The notes beneath the pieces are model-generated. The model ran no database searches, was not told where the DNA came from, and saw only the letters and a list, made by a program, of their open reading frames with translations. From assembly GCA_965223505.1 (NCBI GenBank), contig CBDCWP010000031.1, forward strand, positions 1 through 64,000: 64,000 bases of DNA, in the 5' to 3' direction. The position numbers were made by a program, and so were the translations under genes. This document shows, in pieces, positions 56,809 to 64,000 of the stretch. Numbering within the stretch: position 1 is the first letter of the stretch; each line of letters opens with the position of its first letter. The DNA is from Planctomycetota bacterium. GTDB taxonomy: Bacteria > Planctomycetota > PLA2 > JAEUHO01.

Positions 56809-59508
56809 CTAGGTCGCGCGCTTGCGCAGCCAGCCGCCCGTCGGCGTGTCGCTACGGGCCAGGTCGTGCGGCGTTCCCGAGAAGAGCAGCTTGCCGCCGC
56901 GCTCCGCAGGGCCGGGTCCGATCTCGAGCACGTGATCCGCGGCGCAGATCAGGTGCGCGTGATGCTCGACGGCCAACACGGCGTGGCCGTCGTCGACCAG
57001 GCGCCGCAGGACGTTGGCGAGGTGCCGCACGTCGTGGGGATGCAGTCCCGCGCACGGCTCGTCCAGCACGAAGAGCGTGCGCGCTCGCGACGCGCGCCCC
57101 AGCGCCGCGGCGAGTCGCAATCTCAGTGCTTCGCCTCCGGACACCTGAACCGTCGGCTCACCCAGCGCCAGATGACCCAGCCCCACGTCCGACGCGGCGC
57201 GCAGCGGTGCGGCGACGCGCGGGATGTCGTGGAAGACGGAAGCGGCGTCCTTGATCGGCAGACGCAGCGCCTGATGAATCGAGAATCCCTTTATGCGCAC
57301 GCGCAGCGTCTCGCGGTCGAAGCCCGCGCCTTCGCACACGTCACAGGCCACACGCAGTCCGGGCAGATCTCGAACCGCGGCGCCGCGAACGCCGAGTCCC
57401 TTGCAGGCCTCGCACCGGCCGCCGCGGGTGTTGGCCGAGAAGCGCGACGCGCTCCATCCCTTGGCGCGCGCATCGAGTGTGGCGGCGTACAGCTCGCGCA
57501 GCGGCGCCAGCACGCCGAGCACGCTTCCCGCCGTCGCGCGCGCGTGACGCGCGGGCGCGCCGACGGCGGTCACGACGCGCTCGAATGCGCCGGCGTCGCG
57601 CGTCGTCGCACGCGGCGAAGCCGGCGCGGCGCCTCGGGCTCGCGCGGCGAGGTCGTGCGCGACGACGTCGACGGCGAGTGTCGTCTTGCCGGCGCCGCTC
57701 ACGCCGGTCACGACCGTGAGGCCGCGACGTGGGAACGTGCAGGACAGATCGAGACTGCGGTAGCGAACGTCGTCGAACGCGACGTCGCCTTCGTCGTGCG
57801 AACGCGTCCTGCGGAGCGGCGGCAGCTGCGCGCCTCGAATCGGCGCGTCGGTCAGCGCCGCCGGCTCGGCTTGCGCGATGATGCGGCCACCGTCCTCGCC
57901 GGAGCCCGGTCCGAGCTCGATGACATGATCGGCGTGGTCCAGGGCTTCTTGATCGTGGTCGACCGAGATGACGGAGTTGCCTTCGTCGACGAGCGCACGC
58001 AGGCGGTCTCGCAGTGCTCCCCGGTCCAGCGGATGCAGTCCGACGGTGGGCTCGTCGAGCAGATAGAGCAGGCCGCTCATGCGCGCGGCGCAGGCGCTCA
58101 CGAGCTGCGCGCGCCGCAGCTCGCCGCTCGAGAGCGTACCGGCCCGCCGTTCCAGGGTCAGGTATGGCAAGCCGACGTCGGCGAGGAAGCGCAACCGCAG
58201 GCGCGCGTCTTCGAGCGCCGGCGCGGCGAGCGCCGCCGCGGCGCCGTCGAGCTCGAGTGCGTTCAACCACGCGTTCAATGCCGTTGCCGACAGCGCGCAC
58301 AGCTCCGGCAGGCTGCGGTCGGCGAGCGTGGCAGCACGCGCGTACGGCGACAGCCTGCTGCCTTCGCAGTCACCGCAGACGTCCCAGCGCGCGAGACGTG
58401 TCCAGCGGCCGTGCGCGCTGATGACGCTGAGGAGTCCGGCGCGCTTCGGACGTTTTGTTCCGTCGAGCCAGCGTCGCCGGGCGGCCGCCGGCAGGTCGCC
58501 GAGGAGATCGCGCCCCTCGAGCTCGTGCAAGGCGAGCAGCGAGTCGAGGTGTGCCTTCAGGTGTGCGCGTTCCCTGGCGGGCAGCGCCGTGCGCAGGTGA
58601 CCGGGGATGCGGCGCAGTCGCAGAGACGTCGGGAGAACGCGGTCCGGATCGAGGACCGCGACGACGCCGCGTCCCGCGCAGGTTGCACACGCGCCGGCGG
58701 CGGATTGAAACGACAGGGCGGAGGTGGAGAGTGGTGGATAGGACGTGCCGCACGGAACGCAGTGCGGCCGGTCGGCAAAGTGCTCCACGAACGCGTCGGT
58801 GCCGGGTGGATCGATCGAGGCGGTGAAGCGGTGGTCGCCGATCTGCAGCGCCTGATCGACGGAGGCCGCAAACCGATCGCGTGCGTCGGGCTTCACGATC
58901 AGTCGATCGACCACGACGTCGACGGATGTTCCGGCGGCGACCGCATCGATGTCGAGGTCGTCGATGCGGTGAACGGTGTCATCGAGACGCACGCGGACGA
59001 AGCCTTCGCGTTCGGCTGCGTGAACCGCGTCCGGTCCGTCGCCGTAGGGCGCGCTGAGCACGATGCGCGTGCGTTCCGGCCGGGCGAGAAGGGCGGCGAC
59101 GATCGTCGCGGCAGGCATGGCGGAGATGGGCCGGCGGCAGCGCGGACAGTGGGGTATCGCGGCGCGCATGAAGAGGGCGCGCAGCGCGTAGGTGATCTCG
59201 GTGACGGTACCCAGGGTCTGGCGTGCGTCCGGCGCGCGGTTGGCGAAGCCGGCGACGACGGCCGGCGGCAGGCCGTCGATGCGGTCGACGTCGGGTCGCG
59301 CGACGAGCTCGAGGTCGCGCAGCCCCCGCGCGAACGTGCCGATGAAGCGGCGGCGCGACTCGGCGCCGAGGGTGTCCATGACGAGCGAGGACTTGCCGGA
59401 TCCCGAGATGCCGCAGACGACGGTCCAGGCATGGAGCGGGAAGTCGACGTCCAGGTCCTGCAGGTTGTGGGTGCGGGCGCCGCGGACGTGGATCTTCCGT
59501 TCGGACAT
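56809..59508 (-). CDS. uvrA: Excinuclease ABC subunit A homologue (divergent)
   Basis: VRGARTHNLQ, GISGSGKSS, LSSGE, LDEPTVGLHP; second cassette GVSGAGKTT, VSGGE, LDEPCAGLHP; CxxC zinc pairs. ATG 59508. Confidence 0.85.
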   Translation of the reverse strand: MSERKIHVRGARTHNLQDLDVDFPLHAWTVVCGISGSGKSSLVMDTLGAESRRRFIGTFARGLRDLELVARPDVDRIDGLPPAVVAGFANRAPDARQTLGTVTEITYALRALFMRAAIPHCPRCRRPISAMPAATIVAALLARPERTRIVLSAPYGDGPDAVHAAEREGFVRVRLDDTVHRIDDLDIDAVAAGTSVDVVVDRLIVKPDARDRFAASVDQALQIGDHRFTASIDPPGTDAFVEHFADRPHCVPCGTSYPPLSTSALSFQSAAGACATCAGRGVVAVLDPDRVLPTSLRLRRIPGHLRTALPARERAHLKAHLDSLLALHELEGRDLLGDLPAAARRRWLDGTKRPKRAGLLSVISAHGRWTRLARWDVCGDCEGSRLSPYARAATLADRSLPELCALSATALNAWLNALELDGAAAALAAPALEDARLRLRFLADVGLPYLTLERRAGTLSSGELRRAQLVSACAARMSGLLYLLDEPTVGLHPLDRGALRDRLRALVDEGNSVISVDHDQEALDHADHVIELGPGSGEDGGRIIAQAEPAALTDAPIRGAQLPPLRRTRSHDEGDVAFDDVRYRSLDLSCTFPRRGLTVVTGVSGAGKTTLAVDVVAHDLAARARGAAPASPRATTRDAGAFERVVTAVGAPARHARATAGSVLGVLAPLRELYAATLDARAKGWSASRFSANTRGGRCEACKGLGVRGAAVRDLPGLRVACDVCEGAGFDRETLRVRIKGFSIHQALRLPIKDAASVFHDIPRVAAPLRAASDVGLGHLALGEPTVQVSGGEALRLRLAAALGRASRARTLFVLDEPCAGLHPHDVRHLANVLRRLVDDGHAVLAVEHHAHLICAADHVLEIGPGPAERGGKLLFSGTPHDLARSDTPTGGWLRKRAT

Positions 59509-59688
59509 GGCGCGCCACCGTAACCGCCGACGGGGTTCGGACGATGTTGGCTGGGGGGCCCAGAGCGAGAACACGCGAGGTCGGCGAGCGGGCCCACAGG
59601 GAGAGCACGCGAGGTCGGCCGCGGCCCGATCGCGAGACAGTGTCAGATCACCGGGTTCGCACGGCCCGCCAGTACGCTGGTTCGCCTC

Positions 59689-60417
59689 ATGACGACGCCC
59701 GCAGAGACCCCGCCGACGCGACCGCCCGAGGTGCACCGGCGGCGGCTCTCCGCCGTCTTCGGAACGCTGTTCGGCGGCGTCCTCTTCGCGGCCTGCTTCG
59801 TCCCCTGGGTCAAGGTCGATCCGGCCCAGGCCGAGCGGGTGCAGAAAGCGGTCGCCGTCGAGATCGCAGGCGTCGCCGAACCGTCGCGGGCGACCCGTGA
59901 CTTCGCGCAGGTCTTCGACACCCTCGGCAACACGTCGAGCCTGAGCGGCGTCGACCTGTTCCAGTGGTGCCGGGCGGCGCGCGGCTACCGCGACTCGATT
60001 CGAGCCGGCGAGGCAGGGCGCGCTCGCGACCTGACGCGCAAGATCGATCGCGCGCTCCTCCTCTTCGCCATCGCGCTCGCGGCCATTCCCATCGGCGGCA
60101 TGCTGCTCGGGCTCTACTTCCTGATTCACCGGTTCCGCCGCAACCGCAGCCCCGTGCTGATCCTGGCCGCCATCATCGGCGCGATCGCGATCACGATCGC
60201 CGGCGCGTACGAACGCACGATCAATCCCATTCACGAGGCCGTGCAACCCGGGCTCGGATTCCCGCTGCTGCTCGTCGGCGGCGCTGGATTCCTGCTCGTC
60301 GCCACGTTCGGCGTGACCCGGCGCAACTGGTGGCGCGTGTATCTCGGCGTCGGCGTCACGGCCGCCGGGCTGGCGCTGATGGCGTACTCGTTCCTGCAGC
60401 GGGGAACGGTGCCTTGA
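59689..60417 (+). CDS. Integral membrane hypothetical protein (about 5 TM)
   Basis: Hydrophobic segments with FVPWV and G.GF.L patterns; its stop overlaps the start of the next gene. Confidence 0.75.
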   Translation: MTTPAETPPTRPPEVHRRRLSAVFGTLFGGVLFAACFVPWVKVDPAQAERVQKAVAVEIAGVAEPSRATRDFAQVFDTLGNTSSLSGVDLFQWCRAARGYRDSIRAGEAGRARDLTRKIDRALLLFAIALAAIPIGGMLLGLYFLIHRFRRNRSPVLILAAIIGAIAITIAGAYERTINPIHEAVQPGLGFPLLLVGGAGFLLVATFGVTRRNWWRVYLGVGVTAAGLALMAYSFLQRGTVP

Positions 60418-63197
60418 GCGCAGCCGGACGCAACGTGAAGCACACGACGCACCGCGTCGGACTACTCGTGTTCTTCCTCACGCTGCTCGGGTTGATCGGC
60501 GTCGGCCGGCTCGCGATGGAAGCGTGGCTCAATCGTCCCGCGCCGCGCGAGCTGCCGGAGATCGGCGCGCGCACCGACCAAGCCGCGCCCTTCCTGCTCA
60601 TCATCATCGACGGGTTGCGCGAGTCGGCGGCCTGGGCCGTCGAAGACCCGCCCATGCCCTGGCTGCAGTCGTTCGCGCGCGAGGGCGCGTCGGGTGTCGG
60701 CATCGCGGGCGAGCCGACGCTCACCGCGCCGTGCGTGCGCGCGCTGCTCACGGGACGCCGCCCCGATCTCCTGACCGGATTCCGCAACTTCAACGCGCGC
60801 CCCGTCGGCGGCAGCATCGTCGAGTACCTCGTCGACCGCGGCGGCCGCGCCGGTCACGGCGGCGACGCGGCGGCATACCAGTTCTGTCGTCCGTTCTACG
60901 TCGATGGCGACTTCCTGCAGTTCCCCGACGAGGGCCCGACCGACCAGGGCGAGAACGACGCGGAAGCCGTGCCCTTCGTGAAGGCGCTCATCGAGGACGG
61001 CTGCACGGTCGTCACGCTGCACCTCACCGGTCCCGACCATGCGGGCCACAAGTGGGGCGCGATCGGCCGCGAGTACTGGCAATCCTGTCGCGTGGTGGAC
61101 GATCACATTCGCGGCGTCGTCGAGGCGTTTCGCGCCAAGCACCCCGACGCGACGGTGCTGATCGCCTCCGACCACGGCGTGTCCGCCATGGGCACCCACG
61201 GCGGCGGCGAAGTCTCGGCCAAGCGCGCCCCGTTCGCGCTCGTCGGGCCGAACATCACGCCCGGCGTCCGCAAGGAGCTCGATCAGTGTTCGCTCGCGCC
61301 GACCGTGGCGATGGCGCTCGGACTCCCGATGACGCCGCTGGCGGACGCGCCGCCCGACCCGGAGCTGACGTCGATCCACCAGGGCATCGAGCGCGACGCC
61401 ATGGAGGCCTACGTGCGCGCGCGCCTGGTCGTCGCCGCCGACCTGCGCGGCGACGTCGTCGAGGTCGCGCGCGCGCGGCGCTCCGTCAAGGAGCTGGGCG
61501 GCAAGGACGCGCAGCAGCTGCTCGCGATGGCGGACGACATCAACGCGACCATCAATCCCTCTTCCGCGGGTCACGCGTCCATTGCGCTTCTCCTCGGCGC
61601 GTTTTGGTTGATGGTGCTCGTGAACCTCGTCTCTCGATCCACCGTCGAGATCGTTCTCGGCCGCGTGGCGTCGGCGTATTGCGTCGTCGCGATCCTCGCC
61701 ACGTTCGACCCGCTGCCGGCGCTCTACACCACGACGCCGATGACCTCGGCGATCCTCGTTCTCGTCGGATGCGCGCTCACGCTGCGCGCGGTCGGTTCCC
61801 TGTCCCTGCGCGGCGGCGCGCTCACGCTCGCCTGCCTGGCGGCGGTGCCGGTGCTAACGGGGGCGGGGCTCACCTTGCAGTCGGCGTTCGAGTGGGCGGA
61901 GGACACGGGCCCCGCGTCGCTGCGAATGGCCTTCGCGCTGCTGGCCTTCTCCGCTGCTGCGTTGGCGTTCGTCCGTCCGCGGGCTGCGTCGCTGCGATTG
62001 GCGGGCCGGGCGGCCGCCTCCCCCGGTCTCGTCGCGGCCTTCGGTGGATCCGTCCTCGGTTTCCTGCTGACGTTGCGGCCGTTCATCGACCCGTTCCTGC
62101 ATCTGATGATCGTCTACGCGGTGCTCGGCGTGATCATCGTGCTGCTCTTCGTGTTCACGCGGGCGAAGGGCTCGACGCCCGCGTTCGCGCGGTACGGGTT
62201 GCTCGCGACCGCGCTCGTGCTGTTCCTGGGCACGCGCATCGCCGAGGGCTTCACCGGCGACGTCTGGGTGAACGCCACCGACCTTCGCAGCCCGGTGTGG
62301 TGGGTCGTCGGGCTCAACCTCTCGCTCGCGGCGGTCGGTATCGTCCTCGCGCGCGGTCGCCCCGACGCGCGTGACGCTCCGGGCCTCGTCATCGCCGTCG
62401 TCGCCTGGATCCTCGCGTACGTGTCGCGCGCGTGGATGGACGCGCCGATGGTCGTCACGATCGGGGCCAACGTGCTCGGGCTCGCCGCGCTGTTGGCAGC
62501 GCTCCTCAGCGGCAGTCCGGACGGTCGCTGGTTGGTGCGCATGATCGCGGCGCTCGCGCTCGCGCGCCGGCTGTCGATGTCGGAGGCGGAGTTCTCGGCG
62601 TTCGCGCTGACGGCGGTCGGCGCCGCGTTCGCGTCGCACTGGCGCGGACCGGTGACGCGCTTGCGTGTCGCGTGGTGCGCCGTGGCGTTGTTGGCGCTTC
62701 GGACCGCGATCTTCCACGCGATGGGCTTCAACGAGAGCTTCTCGACGCTGGACGTCGGGCAGGCGTTCGCCGGATTGGAGGGCGGCGACACGCCTGCGCT
62801 CGACGCGGCCGGCGGCGCGGTGATCACGTGGCAGGTGATCGTGGCCGCGATCCAGGTCGCGCTGCGCATGTCGTTGCCCTGGGTGCTGATCCTGGGCGCG
62901 CTGGTGCGCGTGCTGCAGGCGACGCCCGGCGCCGGGCCGGGCATGTTTCGCTGCCTGCTGATGGACCTGGCCGTGACCTTCGCTGCGCGTGGCGCAGCCA
63001 TCGTGACCGCGCTCTGGGCGTGGTGGCGCAGCTCCTGGTGGATGACGAAGGCCTACACGGTCTATGCGTTCGGGGCGGCGGACGTGATCCTGCTGCTGGT
63101 GTGCGCGACGTTGGTCGGGGCGTGGGGCCCGAAGCGGGCAGGCCGTCAACGCCCGGCCGACGAACCGGCTGCCGAGCCCTCGGCGAGCATCGCATAG
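60414..63197 (+). CDS. Alkaline-phosphatase-superfamily transferase with a large polytopic C-terminus, resembling eukaryotic GPI ethanolamine-phosphate transferases (PIG-G/PIG-O)
   Basis: N-terminal TM; IIIDGLR, EPTLTAPCVRALLTG, LHLTGPDHAGH, ASDHG, GTHGGGE; more than 10 TMs, with FHAMGFNESFSTLDVGQAFAG near the end. Start is TTG 60414 or GTG 60435. Confidence 0.8.
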   Translation: MSAAGRNVKHTTHRVGLLVFFLTLLGLIGVGRLAMEAWLNRPAPRELPEIGARTDQAAPFLLIIIDGLRESAAWAVEDPPMPWLQSFAREGASGVGIAGEPTLTAPCVRALLTGRRPDLLTGFRNFNARPVGGSIVEYLVDRGGRAGHGGDAAAYQFCRPFYVDGDFLQFPDEGPTDQGENDAEAVPFVKALIEDGCTVVTLHLTGPDHAGHKWGAIGREYWQSCRVVDDHIRGVVEAFRAKHPDATVLIASDHGVSAMGTHGGGEVSAKRAPFALVGPNITPGVRKELDQCSLAPTVAMALGLPMTPLADAPPDPELTSIHQGIERDAMEAYVRARLVVAADLRGDVVEVARARRSVKELGGKDAQQLLAMADDINATINPSSAGHASIALLLGAFWLMVLVNLVSRSTVEIVLGRVASAYCVVAILATFDPLPALYTTTPMTSAILVLVGCALTLRAVGSLSLRGGALTLACLAAVPVLTGAGLTLQSAFEWAEDTGPASLRMAFALLAFSAAALAFVRPRAASLRLAGRAAASPGLVAAFGGSVLGFLLTLRPFIDPFLHLMIVYAVLGVIIVLLFVFTRAKGSTPAFARYGLLATALVLFLGTRIAEGFTGDVWVNATDLRSPVWWVVGLNLSLAAVGIVLARGRPDARDAPGLVIAVVAWILAYVSRAWMDAPMVVTIGANVLGLAALLAALLSGSPDGRWLVRMIAALALARRLSMSEAEFSAFALTAVGAAFASHWRGPVTRLRVAWCAVALLALRTAIFHAMGFNESFSTLDVGQAFAGLEGGDTPALDAAGGAVITWQVIVAAIQVALRMSLPWVLILGALVRVLQATPGAGPGMFRCLLMDLAVTFAARGAAIVTALWAWWRSSWWMTKAYTVYAFGAADVILLLVCATLVGAWGPKRAGRQRPADEPAAEPSASIA

Positions 63198-63231
63198 GCG
63201 GCGCGTCCCCCCCGGCCCCGAAGATGACGCC

Positions 63232-63798
63232 ATGAAGCGGCTCATCTCGGTCTTCGGCCCGGGTCATCCCACGCGCAAAGAGTACAACCTCGCCGCCGAT
63301 GTGGGTCGTGAGCTCGCGCGTCGCGACTTCGGCGTCGTCTGCGGCGGACTCTTCGGCGTCATGGAAGCCGCGTGCATGGGAGCGAAGGAAGAAGGGGGTA
63401 CGACCGTCGGCCTCCTGCGCACCTACAACCGCTTCGACGCCAACCCCTACGTCGACATCGTGATTCCCACCGGGCTCGGCGACGCGCGCAACATCCTCGT
63501 CGCCACGGCGGGCGAGGCCGCCATCGCCGTGGGCGGACGGCTGGGAACGCTGTCGGAGATCTCCATCGCGCTGAAGCACGGGATCCCGGTCGTCGGGCTC
63601 AACACCTGGAAGCTCGATCGCCACGCGCTGTTCGATCGCTATCTGCCCGCCGCGGCGTCGGCGCTGGAGGCCGTCGAGCTCGTGCTCGAGCTCGCGGACA
63701 AGCGGGAGGCGGAGCGCGCCGCGGGCGAGCCGGAGGTCAAGCCCGGAACCCTGCCGGACGAGGGCGATGACCCTGACCATCCGGAGCTGAGCCTGTAG
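63232..63798 (+). CDS. LOG-superfamily protein (TIGR00725-like)
   Basis: CGGLFGVMEAAC, ANPYVDIVIPTGLGDARN, AVGGRLGTLSEI. Confidence 0.9.
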   Translation: MKRLISVFGPGHPTRKEYNLAADVGRELARRDFGVVCGGLFGVMEAACMGAKEEGGTTVGLLRTYNRFDANPYVDIVIPTGLGDARNILVATAGEAAIAVGGRLGTLSEISIALKHGIPVVGLNTWKLDRHALFDRYLPAAASALEAVELVLELADKREAERAAGEPEVKPGTLPDEGDDPDHPELSL

Positions 63799-63807
63799 GG
63801 AAGGGCG

Positions 63808-64000
63808 TCAACCCTCGGCGTCGTCGTCCCGGCCGACCGCGTCGATGCGTCCCGACGTGAGGTCGTACTCGGGGCCGATGAGATCCGGCACGTGCCGCAG
63901 CGGAAGAGCCTGTGCCTCGGAGGGCTGTCCCGACATGTACCGCAAGCGATGCTTGCCTACGCGCACCGCGAGCCCGTCGACCAGAAGGCGGCGGTCCTTC
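63808..64000 (-). CDS. 3' end of a gene cut by the window edge, possibly an FHA-domain tail
   Basis: Reads KDRRLLVDGLAVRVGKHRLRY...DDDAEG to TGA (TCA at 63808-63810). L.DG..V.VG...L.Y resembles the last FHA strands. Confidence 0.45.
   Translation of the reverse strand, partial: KDRRLLVDGLAVRVGKHRLRYMSGQPSEAQALPLRHVPDLIGPEYDLTSGRIDAVGRDDDAEG

Noticed and set aside
11421..62374. Many long antisense or alternate-frame ORFs (e.g. 16881..18941, 25510..27090, 39817..42927, 50880..54065, 56866..59523, 60524..62374)
   Set aside because: These are shadow ORFs typical of high-GC DNA. They are Arg/Ala/Gly-rich, lack motifs and overlap well-supported genes.
1..64000. CRISPR array, cas genes, rRNA, intact prophage, retron or reverse transcriptase
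   Set aside because: I found no regularly spaced repeat-spacer array and no recognisable motifs for these elements.

Overview
High-GC bacterial DNA, most likely Planctomycetota. The evidence is a TIGR02999-type ECF sigma factor coupled to a WD40 Ser/Thr kinase, a giant carboxypeptidase-regulatory-like repeat protein, type III glutamine synthetase and di-heme proteins. Scattered 1-nt indels suggest a long-read or metagenome consensus. The first ~9.5 kb is an integrase-less island at the 3' end of an elongator tRNA-Met(CAT), bounded by a 29-bp direct repeat (616-644 / 9437-9465). It carries two IS256 copies, one IS66 and a three-gene operon. Removing the first IS256 (8-bp TSD GTCGAAAC) restores a 399-codon frame (1189-1529 + 2935-3793). 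That frame has two in-frame TGA codons in a duplicated G-[TGA]-GPGGCPPGGG motif, each followed at the same spacing by an AGGU-capped hairpin. This is a candidate two-selenocysteine protein with a toxin-like C-terminus that the ORF track misses. The rest of the window is mostly chromosomal backbone: ChaN, a 42-aa Thx-like basic protein, a MacAB-like exporter, ADH, GSIII, mrfB/mrfA split by a hybrid kinase-phosphatase pair, map, an ECF/kinase block, eboB-eboA, LysRS fused to a degenerate HD domain, a B12 radical SAM enzyme, a tandem di-heme/DUF192/PQQ-dehydrogenase-cytochrome cluster, a CPBP protease, lpxB, a divergent uvrA, a full-length PIG-G/PIG-O-like ethanolamine-phosphate transferase homologue and a LOG-family gene. 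All family calls come from motif recognition by eye; no database searches were run.
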